Part shown: piece after piece, positions 15,758 through 32,461 of the stretch
How the letters are laid out: the number at the start of each line of letters is the position of its first letter
Position numbering within the stretch: the stretch's first letter is position 1
Source of the DNA: the human T2T-CHM13v2.0 reference genome, Homo sapiens
Strand: one strand, 5' to 3'
NCBI RefSeq assembly: GCF_009914755.1
Contig: NC_060928.1
Length of the DNA stretch: 64,000 nucleotides
Notes under the pieces: generated by a model
The model's input: only the letters and a program-made list of their open reading frames with translations
Told to the model about the DNA's origin: nothing
The model's database searches: none
Translations under genes and position numbers: made by a program

Positions 15758-15989
15758 CTTTTCAAAGTAGCTAATATCACGTGCATGGCTAGATGTCAGT
15801 AAAGACATCATGAGGTAGCAATCTGAATGTAATAAATATACACTGAATATACAGGCCTTTAAAATAAAGAAATTAGTTCAACTTTAAAACTCACAATTCT
15901 GCACAGGTACACAAATCAATGTATTCTTTTCATCATAATATCTTTATCATAACAAGTCTCCATTTAAATTTTTCTCAGAATTCTAAACT

Positions 15990-17225
15990 GACTTAAAACA
16001 TTTACCAGTTAAATCTCATGAAACTCTTCTACAGAAGATTATGTAATAATAATGCTGACTGTTAAGAACTACAAAACTCTTGGCACAAATGACTTCACCA
16101 ACTCAATGCATGAAGAGAGTTCACCAAACTTTAGCATGGTTTCTATTGTCCCAAGACCACGTTCCTAGGATAATCCAAGCCCCGCCCCCACTAAAAATGC
16201 CTACCTGAGAAAGCTTAGTACTACTTTTATGTTTCAACTTGATTGGGGCAGTAGGTGCCCAGATATTTGGTCAAATATTCTGGATATGTCTGTGAGGGTG
16301 GTTTTGGATTAGGTTAACATTTAAATCAGTAGACTAGACTGAAGAATGCAGATTTCCCTCCCTAATGTGAGTAGTAGGACTCATCCAAGCAGTTGAAGAC
16401 CAGAATAGAACAACAACAACAAAAACCTGACCCTCCCATGAGTAAGAGGGGAGTCCTCCTGACTGACTACCTTGAACTATGACATCGACCTATTCTGCCT
16501 TCAGACTGAAACTGAAACAAGTCTTTTTGGGTCCCAGGCCTTCTGGCGTTCAGCATGGAACTTACACCATCAACTCTCACAGGTCTTTAGCTTGCCATCT
16601 GCAGATCTTGGAACTTCTGAGCATTCATAATCATGTCAGCTGACAGTTGATTTCTTATAATACATCTCATATATATATATATATATATATATATGTATCC
16701 ATTCATATTATAATATATATTCTATTGGTTCTTTTCTTCTCTTTTCTCTGGAGAACTCTGACAAATACAGCTGCCAAAATAGCTTACTATTTGTTCCAGC
16801 CAAAACCTATCTATAGGCCTCTGGCCTCTCTTTTCTTAGAGCAGTTACTTTAGAAAAGTTGTGATTATAAATCCTTTCTCTGTCCCTTTAAGATATAAAT
16901 TTCCTACTACCTACACATTATCTCCTCAAGGACCTGGGAGTCATCTCTTTGAAATGCAATAATCCAGGAAGATAGTTCTTCTATCTCTCAGTTCCTTTGG
17001 GAAGGTAAAGCAGAACAAACTCAGATGGCCCAGTCACATTGACCAACCCACTTTAACACCCTTTAATACTTTTCCGTTAGCATACAGCAACATTTACAAA
17101 GTCTCTCACCATTTCTTTTGGTGGAATTGAGCCCAATTTACACTGAAATTTTTCTCTCCTACTGCAGCGGTCCCAATGAAATCTGTCTCGCATTTTTAAA
17201 AAGTATCTAGTGATTTTTTTTGACA
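15990..17225 (+). mobile_element. MER34/MER39-like ERV1 LTR interrupted by an MLT2 LTR (5' boundary uncertain)
   Basis: gcctacctgagaaagct before the MLT2 continues as gctgccaaaatagcttactatttgttccagcc after it. Also caaggacctgggagtcatctctttgaaatg and a ...tttgaca end. Confidence 0.6.
16216..16769 (+). mobile_element. MLT2 (ERVL) LTR with internal (TA)n
   Basis: Runs ttttatgtttcaacttgattgggg...tgcccagatatttggtcaaa...ctctggagaactctgacaaataca. Confidence 0.85.
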
Positions 17226-17299
17226 CTGCTCAGCCACTCTATCAAACAGATATTGACCTTGGAAATGTGGTTAATAACATAAAAGGCAATGCAAACTTA

Positions 17300-17383
17300 T
17301 TCACAATTATTTTTCAGCCTGTTGAACAAGGTCCCCCACATTTTCATTTTAAAATGAGTGCCATATATTATGAAGCTGGTCCT
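17300..17383 (+). mobile_element. MER91-like hAT DNA transposon end
   Basis: ccccacattttcattttaaaatgagtgccatatattatgaagctggtcct resembles the MER91 terminus. Confidence 0.5.
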
Positions 17384-17479
17384 AATAGTAACAGAAATGG
17401 TAATAGTACTGGTAGTACTAGGAGTGGCAGGAGGTGTACAGGGAAGAGGAGGAGGAGTAGCAGCAAAATCTATTCACCT

Positions 17480-17650
17480 TTTTAAACAATTTGTTAAACA
17501 ATTGTTCTGGACCATGCTCTGGTCTAGGTGTTTTACTGGTATCAGCTTATTCAATCTACTAACAGTGATAAGACACTATGCTAATACAAATTATATTTAT
17601 AATTGAAAAACTAAGGCAACAGAGAAGCTCAGTACTCTAAGTGACATATC
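17480..17650 (-). mobile_element. MIR fragment
   Basis: ccatgctctggtctaggtgttttac...aattgaaaaactaaggcaacagagaag. Confidence 0.6.
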
Positions 17651-17799
17651 TGACATAGGGAGATAATAGTAAAAATAGAATAGACAAAAAACAGATGAAA
17701 AAGGGTAGAAATAGAATCAAAAGGAAATAATAAAAGATTAGAATTAAAAGAAGATACCATAACAAGCATGTTTTCTTGTTTTTGTTTTATCTTCTTTTT

Positions 17800-18480
17800 G
17801 ATTTAGGTGATTCAGTGGGTGGTGGAATAATAATTGAGATGGTCTTGAAGAATAAGATAAGTTTAGCTTTATTAAACTGAGTTTATACAAAGATGTCTAA
17901 CAGATAGTTGGAAATATAAGCCAGTTGCTCAACAAAAAAGTGGATGCTAAGGAAAGAAATTAAAAAGAGGCTAGTAAGATGGTATTTGAGGCCAGAGGAA
18001 TATATGAAATTGAGAAATAGGAAAAGGGGCCAAAGAAAGAAACTTAAACAAGGCCCTGTTTAAAAATCTAGGAGAAGAGTCAGGAGTGGTGACTGAAAAA
18101 TGGTATTTCTTTTTGGGATTAACAGTGTCATTTAAGTTCAGAGAAAAAGTTTAAGTAAGCAAGTTTTCAAGAGTTCTAAATGTTGTAGAGAGCTCAAGGA
18201 GCAACGAGGGATTAACGAGAACAAAATATTGGAGTTAAGAATAAACACCAGTGACTATCAAGAGAGCAATTTCAGTGTAGTCAGAGGCAGAAGCCAGGTT
18301 GCAAATGTTTACAAAGGCAAGAGAGGGAAGGTTGTTTGTTCTTTTCAGATGTTTGAAATTGAAGAGGAAGAATAGGTGGGACAGCAGAAAAAGTGGAGCC
18401 AAGGAAATGAATTTTAGGATCAGAAAGGTTTTGTCTTATTTAAATGATAAAGTGACAGACTTGAAAAGGCCAGAGAGACA
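17800..18480 (-). mobile_element. L2 fragment
   Basis: gatgtctaacagatagttggaaatat and agagagcaatttcagtgtagtcagaggcagaagccag. Confidence 0.6.
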
Positions 18481-18926
18481 GCATTAATTATCAGGAACTG
18501 TTTGCTCAGTTCCCCAATAAGGAAGGACAACCCTTCCTTATTGCAATCTTTTGATCCCCCTTTTTATTCTCAACTCTTCAGGTAGCCAAGAATCTTGTGG
18601 ACTTAGTATTATTAGGTATATTGGGTTGTGACAGTTTCAAACACATAATTTTAACAGTTGACTTTATCTTTCTGTATCTCATTTTCTAACTACAAAATTA
18701 AAATAATCATAATAGGCTTTGCCTGGTCTGCCTCATAGGCTCACTCACTCAGAGTGTACAAAGGTGGAAATGTTTGTGAAATAGATTATAAAATGTATAG
18801 GTAACATTTAAAAACTAAAACATAATTACATAGACCGTTTTCTTATTAGTGACATTATTATTGCTTATTTTTTGCTCTTTAGAAGTATTCCCAAGGATAG
18901 CCTTGAGAGTTCTCTTCACTGCTTAC

Positions 18927-19016
18927 CTTTAAGTGTCTGCCTGAAATGCAACCCCGACTGCCTCTGGCAACACAGCAACTTTGTTGTTTTTTCTTCTGTT
19001 CAATTATGCCCACAAC
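18927..19016 (-). other. Candidate 90-nt exon (unverified)
   Basis: Minus-strand acceptor ttttgcttcttttctactcatattattttag|G and donor AAG|gtaagc. Phase-0 frame is open: VVGIIEQKKKQQSCCVARGSRGCISGRHLK. Confidence 0.4.
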
Positions 19017-19696
19017 CTAAAATAATATGAGTAGAAAAGAAGCAAAACTGCCAGCAAAATAGCTTTGGGTCACTTCTAATAAAAGTGACTTAACATTGTC
19101 ATTATGTACATGAACTGCACCTTTATTTCCATTACTCAGGAATCCATTTGGATTTTTAAAGCTAGTGTGTGCTATGGTTATCATACGATTATATGTGGCA
19201 TCCATTTTTCTTCCTGCTATATTCAGTTTTTACAATCTATAAGAGTCGTAAACTTGGAGGATTTTATTGGAAAGTCAAGGTGGCAGAGTTATCGAAATGC
19301 CTCAGAAATGATGCTTCCCTGCCGCAACAATGGTGATTTACTCGTAATGCTAAACACACTCCACTAAGTCATACACAGCTCTTGGGAGAGGGTTGACTAA
19401 TTAGCTCAGTGACTTATCCGCCCACATGCTCTGCTGATTCTGATACATTAAAACATTTTATTAGCCTGCAAGGTCAGAAAATCTTACTGCGTGGGTAGTA
19501 TTTCTAAAAATTTAATGGCAATAGTGTGATGTTGGATCCTTTGCATCCGTAGATTGGCAATAAATCTTCAAAGATGAATAAACTCATATACTTATTTCTC
19601 AGAACTTTGCACATAGAGGTCTCAAGAAACCCTGCAATGTTTAAAAAGAAATAATCATTGTCAAAATCACATAATAAACTATTCCTTTTGGGGGGG

Positions 19697-20066
19697 TGTG
19701 TTAGTCTGTTTTCATGCTGCTATCAAGAACTGCATGAGACTGGGTAATTTATAAAAGAAAGAGGTTTAATTGACTCACAGTTCAGTATGGCTGGGGAGGC
19801 CTCAGGAAACGTACAATCATGGCGGAAAGGGAAGCAAACGCATCCTTTTTCACACGGCAGCAGCAAGGAGAAGTGCCAAGCAAAAGGGGAAAAGCCCCTT
19901 ATAAAACCGTCAGATCTTGGGAGAACTCACTATCAAGAGAACAGCATGGAGGTAACCACCCCCATGATTCAATTATCTGCCACCAGGTCCCTCAGGAGAC
20001 TCATGGGGATTATGGGAACTACAATTCAAGATGAGATTTGCATGGAAACACAGCCAAACCATATTG
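19697..20066 (-). mobile_element. THE1C-like solo LTR
   Basis: Runs tgtgttagtctgttttcatgctgct...cacagccaaaccatattg, 370 bp. TSD ggggg/gtggg. Confidence 0.92.
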
Positions 20067-20730
20067 GTGGGAATAAATTGAGTTCTCTACTTGCATTGAA
20101 TCTTTAGCAGGTAGAAAACACACAACTGAAAATTTAATTTTCAACATCACCATCTGTAATCACCAGTTTAGCACAAGTATTGCATTAAATTAGACTACTG
20201 TGGTCCATTTGAGCTGAGAGAATTACATACATCTTTTGATTTCCCAGCATTGGTTAAATCCTACCGTCAGTGTACTATAATCTTTGCATATAAAAGATGG
20301 CAATATTTATCTCTAAGCAGATAATTGCCTTCTCTGCTAATCATTTATAATACTTCACACATTTGATTAGCTCTTTTTTTTTTTAACAACGAAAGGTACT
20401 GAAACAATAATTCTGTGGGAAAGAGGAAAAACCGTAGAAATCAAAATAAAGTCATAGGGCAAATAAACAGTTAAGTGGGTTGTTTTGTATGCAAGCGTGA
20501 TAAATAAATTTGAAGGAGACAATATTTAAAGGCTACGTTTTACGATCGTTCAATAAGTATTACGTCCTAAACAATATATGTTATGAAAGCATACAATGAG
20601 CTTTTTAAAAAAATTTGGATTCAAGTCATCATTTTTCACTTAATTTTATACTCTAAACACTATATGAAAAATATATAAAAATATTTGAACATGAGTAAAA
20701 TGCAGAAATAATGAGTTATTAATTGCTTTT

Positions 20731-21044
20731 TCTTCTTCTTTTTTTTTTTTTTTTTAAATTGAGACAGAGCCTCGCACTGTCACCCAGGCTGGATTTCAGT
20801 GGCACTATATCGGCTCACTGCAACCTCTGCCTCCTAGGTTCACGTGATTCTCCTGCCTCAGTCTCCTGAGAAGCTGGGATTACAGGCACCCGCCACCAGG
20901 CCTATTTTTTTTTTTTCTGTATTTTTAGTAGAGATAGGGTTTCACCATGTTGGCCAGGCTGATCTCTAACTCCTGACCTGGTGATACACCCGCCTGAGCC
21001 TCCCAAAGTGCTGGGATTACAGGCATGAGCCACCACGCCTGGCC
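20731..21044 (-). mobile_element. AluS (Sg/Sx-like), full length
   Basis: Complete Alu reverse complement. 14-bp TSD tattaattgctttt at 20717-20730 and 21045-21058. Confidence 0.95.
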
Positions 21045-21319
21045 TATTAATTGCTTTTAAAAGTTATTCATAAGATTGTGATAATTCTGTGAATAAATTC
21101 AATTTATTCCCCAAATCCTGGTCATTAGACCTTTTCCTATGGCCAATAATCACACTTTTTCTTCCTTTTCCAATGTTTCCTCATTCTGATACCTTGCGTT
21201 CATAGAAAAATGAAGCAGATAATTTTATGTGAATATATATTCCCTTAAATTGTGCAATTCTGACAACAAATTATGGGTTACAAGGTGTGAAGCACAAGAA
21301 GATTGCAGGTAATGGGAAT

Positions 21320-21485
21320 GTCATAAAACTGAGTTCAGATGTAGGTTCTGCTAGAAAACTAGCTATGTAACTTTGAGGACATATCATACTCTAGGTCAGC
21401 CTCAAATTTTTGAGCTGTTAAATAATAAGATTGAGTTAAATGATCACTCAGATTCCATCTACTTCAAAAACTCCGTGTTCTATGT
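21320..21485 (+). mobile_element. MIR fragment
   Basis: actagctatgtaactttgagg...agcctcaaatttt...ctgttaaataataagattg. Confidence 0.6.
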
Positions 21486-21887
21486 CCACTGACATGCAGA
21501 ACTTCAGCACATTTGCAAACAGAATGTGGATGCATTAGTGCTGCATTAAATACTTACTCAAAAAAGGAGTAGAAGTCTTGCAGATGGGTAACAATGTAAA
21601 AGTCCAAAAAGGAAAACCTAGAAGGGAATCAATATTTCCAAGGCCTGTATCTGCTTTCTGGTACTTACCCACACCTTGCCGCAATTCCCAACCAAGTTAA
21701 TAGATGTGAACTGAAGAAGATTACTACATTCTACTGCATGATACTGTGATATATATCTAAAAATACTTTTCCACTCCTGAAAATATTCAGTCTTATACCT
21801 ATATACATTTAGAAATGACAAATAGAAAACAGTATATATTCTCAAATGCAAAACTGCAAACAGTTTGAAGAATGGCCTAAACAAAGA

Positions 21888-21907
21888 ATACACACACACA
21901 TACATAA

Positions 21908-21946
<39 letters not shown>

Positions 21947-21959
21947 AGCACCCACACAC
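21888..21959. repeat. Compound (CA)n(TA)n(CA)n microsatellite
   Basis: Directly visible. Confidence 0.95.
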
Positions 21960-22836
21960 CTGTGCCCTTAAGGCGCTCAGAGTCTATTCTGATAGTTATC
22001 CACTTACACAAAAATGTACACTAATAGTGATGAGAAAGTAGCAGCACAGAAGAAGGAGATGTTGCTCTGGGGTAGAAAAGAAAGTTTGCAAGTCCTGGAT
22101 GCCCAGTGACTTACGTTTTGTTCAACCACCTAGTTTAATTACCATCCATTCCACTAGGAGTTAAAGAATAAATATATTCAGTACAATGCCAGTTTACTAT
22201 TTATGAGGGTTTGGCCACCTGTCAAGCTCCTTTATGGAAATCTAGCTCCACAGGAAGCTTCAAGGATAGCTTCTGCCTACACTAGGCAGGCCTGTGGAAA
22301 GTAAACTAGATATTCACCTCTTTATGACCAGGAGAAAACAATAAAAAGAGCAGCAACATAACTCCTATTCCTATTTTTCAAATCTCTCTTGAATGCATGT
22401 AATGTAATTGATGAAACCAAATTTGCATTCAGAATCCTAGCTGCTAATATAGATGATTATAGTTTTCCAGCATCTGTGGTCAAAGGAGAATGGAATGGAC
22501 ATCTACATAGCAATTTCCCAGCTACCATTCCAGAAGACAGATCCTAAAAGAAAATGCCATGGGAGAGTCAGAGCTTTAACCTCTTCCTTCTTCCCACATA
22601 AAGTTCCTCTCATGTTTTTTCAACAGCTGATCGAATTCTGTTCTTGTCTCTCATACAATCCTATCATTAGTCTACCTCCACAGGAGTACTGTATATTGGG
22701 GGCAGGGCTTGGGATGTGCAATCAGGGAGAAAACAGACTTGATCTCCCACTGGTGGTGTTTTTCACTTTCCTTTAAGCTTTTTTTTTTTTTTTTCCAGTT
22801 TGAAAACTGAAAACTCCTATTACTCCTATTGCTCAC

Positions 22837-22997
22837 CTTTCTCTTTCCAGTCCCATTGTTTAATATGTTCGCTGTGGTCTCCATGAGTGAGGAATTGTCG
22901 CCAATCCAGTTATGTGGGGAGATGTCCTTTTGCATTTTTAAATGGCCCCCTTGTCATTCTTCCATTAAAAGTGATTGCTCTCAAAGTGCAGTTGTGA
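22837..22997 (-). other. Candidate 161-nt exon (unverified)
   Basis: Minus-strand branch point and acceptor gctgactggatcttcctttgtag| and donor AAG|gtgagc. An internal ATG at 22935 reads open to the donor in phase 0. Confidence 0.4.
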
Positions 22998-24356
22998 CTA
23001 CAAAGGAAGATCCAGTCAGCTCTGAGCCACGAAAGCTGAAGAATGTTGACAGAGTGGGCTCATGGGAAGGGAGGGCACCTCAAATCAAAGGTGTTTAATA
23101 ACAAGTGGCTAAATAAATGGGTCATAGAATCTGAGTTCGTATTATAAGGAGGAACTAAGAGTTTCTGTATGCTTTTTTCAGCATTTAGTATATGTCAACT
23201 TGCGTAGTTATTCCTCAGCTCTCAATATAATACCTAGTGTCTGATTAGCACTTAATAAAAGTGAGTTAAAAAATAGTGACTGTGAATAATCATTAAAAAC
23301 AGGAACAAATGTGTTCTGCTTGTGAGTGGAGTATAAATGAGATCTTGCCTTTGGGGTTTAAGGATGGAATAAACTCATCATGGAGTGTTATAACTAATTC
23401 TCTCTCTATGTCTCTGATTCTCTGCCACCTTGAACTTCAGATGTTCAGTAATCACTCATTCAGATGGAGTAACCATTGCTAAATAAACAAAAACATAAAA
23501 ATGAAATAAACAAAAGACAAAAATCCACAACAACAAATTTAACTACTTGCTGAGAAGCAAAAAATTACCAAGAGTTGGCAGTAGCTGACATTGTAAAGTT
23601 TTTGATCTTACTATTATTTACAATAATCTATAATATATAGAAAAATGTTAACTTTTAAGAAAGGACTGAAATATATGAATTTATATTCTGTAATCTGTAG
23701 CAATAAACAAGTGATATAAATCAAAAGATGAAAATTAATCAAAAGAATACAATTCTCTAAAAAATTGAAAAATATCACTTACTTTGGCCCTCTAAAATCA
23801 GAATGAACAAAACACCAGAAAGCACACTGCGAAAAATACTCTATCAGCCTGTCTTAAATTAATCTAATTATTTGATTCTCTTTTATTTTTCCCCTGGCTC
23901 AGTCATTAGTAGATGTTATCTTTGCCTATGATGGGTATTGTTGATATCACTTTTTACAGTGATGTTTTTTCTCTTAATGAGCATAAACAAACAATCCATT
24001 CTAATATGATTTTTAAAATTTTCTTTATAAAAATCAGAAAACCAGAAGCAGAAGTCAAATGTTACTAACAGAAAATATAAAGGAAAAAAAGTCAATAAAT
24101 TGTATCAGGAAATTTGTAACTAAGCTGAGCATAAAAAGAAAACATTAGTGAATCTGACAATATCATTCTAAAAGAAGGAGACAACATTTCTGGCTCTAAA
24201 AGACCAACATAAAATATATTTTCCCTATAATATTTCATAGTTTTCCTACAAAAGATAAACTCAGAGTAAAATTTTAAAAACTGAGTTTCATTATATTCTT
24301 AAATTCCCTGTTGCAAAGATTTTATATAAATGTAATGAGTTAATAGTATCTTTTTT

Positions 24357-27539
<3,183 letters not shown>

Positions 27540-27590
27540 GAGTTAATAGTATCTTCTTTAAAGTTTTCAACTTGTCAAAAGTACATTCAA

Positions 27591-27933
<343 letters not shown>

Positions 27934-28119
27934 TCACTGAAGTTCTTTAAACTTAGTATTTTAGAGTTTTAGTCCACTAAGTACACTGTGCTAGAGTGTA
28001 CTATGTATGGATATCCAGGAGTCTATGAAATTCCAAAGTTAGTTGGAATTATTAATGTGTATTTGGGTATGTGTATATTTTAGGAGAGGAGATCAAGGGT
28101 CTCAAAAATACTAGGAGGG

Positions 28120-28147
28120 GTGTGTGTGTGTGTGTGTGTGTGTGTGT
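28120..28147. repeat. (TG)n microsatellite
   Basis: Directly visible. It abuts the MLT2 LTR. Confidence 0.95.
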
Positions 28148-28553
28148 ACAAAAAGATTATGAGGGATTGGCTCACATAATTATGGAATCTGAAAAGTCTC
28201 ACCAGCTTCATCCATAATCTGGACACCCAGGAAAACCAGTAGTGTAATTCCAATCCAAGTTCAAAGGTCTGAAAACAAGAGACCTAATGGTGCTTGTCCA
28301 TGGGCAGAAGACTGATACAGCTTAAGCAGACAGGCTGAAAGGAAAAAATTCAACCTTCCTCTGCCCTTTGTTCTATTCATGCCTCATCAGATTGGATGAT
28401 GCCCACCCATGCTGGGTAGGACAGTGTTTTCTACCAAATTAAATGCTAATCTCTTCTGGAAACATTCCTCACAGACACTAAAAAATAATGCTTACCCAGC
28501 TATCTGGGCACTCCTTAGCCGTGTCAAGTTAACACATAAAATTAACCATAACA
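28148..28553 (-). mobile_element. MLT2 LTR, partial
   Basis: Runs gattggctcacataattatgga...gtcaagttaacacataaaattaaccataaca. Confidence 0.85.
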
Positions 28554-28853
28554 ATGTCTATAACACAAAAAACATTAAGAATCCTTGAAAATTTATCCAA
28601 CTATACTTACTTCTCTGAAGACTGAGTCACTTGATCTATTTCCTTTTAATCAAAAAAATCTAGTAATATATCTATATTATTTCTGATGTGATGTCATTTA
28701 CATTCATTGCGTGAATTTTAGTTTTGCCTTTAGTCATTTTCTCTTCTAATTATACACACAGTTTTACAATTTCAGCTGTCATCTTGGTTTTAGGTACCAT
28801 TTTTCTAATGTTAAATCCTCTCTCTTTTTCTCAATCTCTGGCCTCTTTCATGA

Positions 28854-29243
<390 letters not shown>

Positions 29244-29764
29244 CTTCACTAGGTCTTTCTAAATAAACAGATTAACATTCACCCACCCAAATTCCACTAT
29301 GACTTCTTCATTCCCTGTAACAGGCAATGTCTTAATCCATTCAGTTTCTCAAGGTCAGCACTAAATCATGCCATACTGCACCTTCTTCTTCTTTTTTGGA
29401 ATGTGATCTTTAGAAAAAAAAGTTTGCTGAGTAAATGTTTCTTGGATTTGCTCCCCCTTTACATTGTCAATATCTAACTTCAAGCTCTTGACAATGCTAA
29501 CATAAGAAACTTCCTCTTGAGTCTTCTCTCTTCTAAACCTACTCTGTTTTTCTTCTAATGTCAATAGAATTAACTTCCTCCAAAGCAAATTTACTGATGA
29601 AACATTGTTTTCTAGCTATCTTTAACTTCTAGTACTTACCACATTGTAATACTTTTGTTTTAATGTGAATATTTGTTTACCTCATTAGATAGTAATGTTC
29701 AGTGTCTCACTTATCTTTCTAGTGGCTTATCTGGGACAGCTAACAAATAATGTATAAATAGAAC

Positions 29765-30190
29765 TATAGAAGAAATGACTGTCTGCCAAAATGTGTGCTT
29801 TCCCTTCCATATGGTTAATTTGTTGCTCAGAGAGAGTTACCTAGCTATGGACTACATTTCCCAGCTCCTGTACAATGCAGGGGACTAGTTCTCAGCAGTC
29901 AAAGTTTAGCAGAAGCAATATAACACTTCTAGAGCAGGGATTTTAACAACTTGTTATTTTCTCCTTTTGCTTTTGCCTTCCCCTTGCCGAATACAGAGTA
30001 TTCCAAGGCACTGGAGAAAGAAGCAGCAAAAATACAGAAGAAGTCTGTGTTCCTGAAGAACAATGTGGAACTGAGCTACCTTTTCTGCCAGAAACACACT
30101 CATTGGAAAATGTAAGTGAGAATAAGTTTCTACTGCATTAGAGTATATTTGTTTAATGTTTTGCACCATCTAGTTATCCCAACTAGTATC
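29765..30190 (+). mobile_element. Old MLT1 (I/J-like) LTR
   Basis: ggactacatttcccagctcc motif and an MLT1-like end ctagttatcccaactagtatca. Confidence 0.5.
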
Positions 30191-31002
30191 AGTAGGTAGT
30201 CAATAAAACATTTTGAAATTAATGTTTATAATGTACATACAGATTATACTGTTGTGCAAGTGTGAAGACAGGAAAAGGGAAAGGATTCTTCTTTTGCATT
30301 TTCCAAAATACTGTGGTACAGTATGATTCAGGATTCATTATATGTTATGTCCTTCAAGTATAGAAAAAAATAATTACAGAATATTTATTTGAAACATATT
30401 CCAAAATTTGCATCTTTATAAAATTTGTCCATTTTAATAATTTTTTATTTCAGCACTAAAAGTACTATTTTGTTCAAGAAAGAAATAAAAAACAATACAA
30501 ATAAATAGAGTACAGAAAATATTGACAACTAATTAAGGCATTGATAGCATTTGGATGAAGGCCTAGTTAAAACTATCCAAAAAAAAAAATAGCCTAAGTT
30601 ATTTGAGTAACCAAAATATGTACATTGCTTCTTCATATAAATCTGTGTATCTTGGGATTATTTATTTTGCCCAATTTATATGTCAATTTTTTCCATTTTT
30701 TTCGTAGTCATTCAATTTATTTCATTAAAATTGAATTAATGGGAAAAGAAAATGTAATCAAGAAGTTTTTCCTCCAGCACTCTTTCCCATAATGCATTAG
30801 AAATTTGTGAGATAAGATTTTTTTAAAATATCTAGGTGGTGATGAATGTGGAGATCTGTGTGGAACTGAGTTTTACATAGATATATTCATTTGGGTATTT
30901 TTGAACATAATGCAATACATGGTCATAGTCCAATAATTACTCATATTTGTTGATCTTATATCTGCAGAAGGTTAAAGTCTGTTGTCTACTTTCTTTTTGA
31001 TA

Positions 31003-31120
31003 GTCAGAGTGTGGCTCATGGGCCAACTGCAACAACATTTCCTGGAACTTATAGAAAATACAGAGTCTCAAGTTTCACCTCAGTTGATTTGTATACATGT
31101 TAATATTTGAGAAGCACTGC
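31003..31120. mobile_element. MER5A-like DNA transposon fragment
   Basis: gagtgtggctc...cctggaacttatagaaaatacaga...tttgagaagcactg. Confidence 0.6.
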
Positions 31121-32428
31121 TTGAGGTGACAAAGAAGAAAAACTCAATGGATTGATTAGAGTTCTAAAGAAATTGTACTACTACAAAGTAATGATTTATA
31201 CAGGTTAAATAAAACATTTCTTTAGATTGGGATATTTTTGTGAATAACATAATTAATTATTTGCCCCATTAGCCTTTGAGAATTAGGATTAAGTTTCAGG
31301 AAAAATAGGCAGGATTTTCTTATATGGGCTTTATATCAGTTGAAATGATTCCAACTAAAAGGAATAGCAGAAAACACACCTGTGGTATTTTAGCTAGCAA
31401 GACAACCCTGATAGTACAGATTAAGGCAGGCCTTTGAAATGACTTAATCCAACAGCTCTGGCTTCCTTTTGCTGGAGGTCTTTTCAGCTTTTATTCTCCT
31501 CCTGGTGTAGCTTCATCTAAAAGCTAGTAAGAAACAGCAGAAAAAATGACAGTTCTTGTGCATGGCAAAATCATGTCTGGAAGAAATGAGATGGTCTTTC
31601 CCTGTGGCAAAAAAAAATTAAGAATGGAAAAGTCTTTCCCCAGAACTTTCCAACAAGTTTCTTCTTGTATCTTATTGTTTGATTAGGATAACATGCTTCT
31701 TCCAAAATCAACTCCTGCCAGCCCTGCAGTGTGATTCATTCATTGGCTTAGATGAGAGTTCCTGAAAAAAATGATTGTCAGGGGGAATGAAAGTATCTTT
31801 ATTGGCCCATTTTCTTGAAAAAAAAAGTCCCTCCTCCTCCTTCTCAGCTTCTATTTAATAAGGAAGGAGAGGCATGAAATGCTGAGAAGCCAAGCACAAC
31901 ATTTATCAAAGTTTATATTTCTTTTATTAGATTTTTCATAATTGTGTGTTTCTTCTCTCATTTTGCTCATCTAGTTACATTGTCACATGGCCTTTTGACA
32001 CTTCTTCTCATAAAACTGATGGCTTAAACACCATGACACTTGTCCTCAATTTCCTCACTGTCCCAATTATGTCCAAGGCTCTTCCCATAGATCTTTGGAG
32101 GAATGAATCTATTTTTGTTTTTATTTGTTTTGTTGTTGCTTCTCTCAACATAATTACTACACAAGAGGGTCTGCTGAGGCCATCAATGTAAGATAATCTG
32201 CATGCCCAGAAATATCTATCATCTGCATTTCCCACTGTAGAAGAATGCTCTGAGAGAGTGGAATCAGCTATTAAATAAGCTGAGGCCAACACTTAACATA
32301 CTCGGTGTAGTGAGAGGGGTTCTCTTGCATTTTAGATGACCAGCTTGTTTGTGCTCCCTCCAGTTATTGAAAAATACTTTACATTGAATAATGCCAAAAC
32401 AACCTAATAACCATATCTTCTCTTTTAG

Positions 32429-32461
32429 GCATAAATCTATGTCACACGGAAGACAAAGAAG
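32429..32461 (+). other. Candidate 33-nt micro-exon of an unidentified host gene
   Basis: Branch point cctaat at 32403-32408, pyrimidine tract tcttctcttttag|, donor AAG|gtaatt. Length is a multiple of 3 and two frames are open. Confidence 0.5.

Noticed and set aside
17385-17465. (AGT/AGG)n-like stretch giving Gly/Ser/Arg-rich ORFs
   Set aside because: Low-complexity sequence next to a MIR.
21618-21959. 113-aa ORF
   Set aside because: Starts in a (TG)n(TA)n microsatellite with a non-ATG codon and has no protein-like composition.
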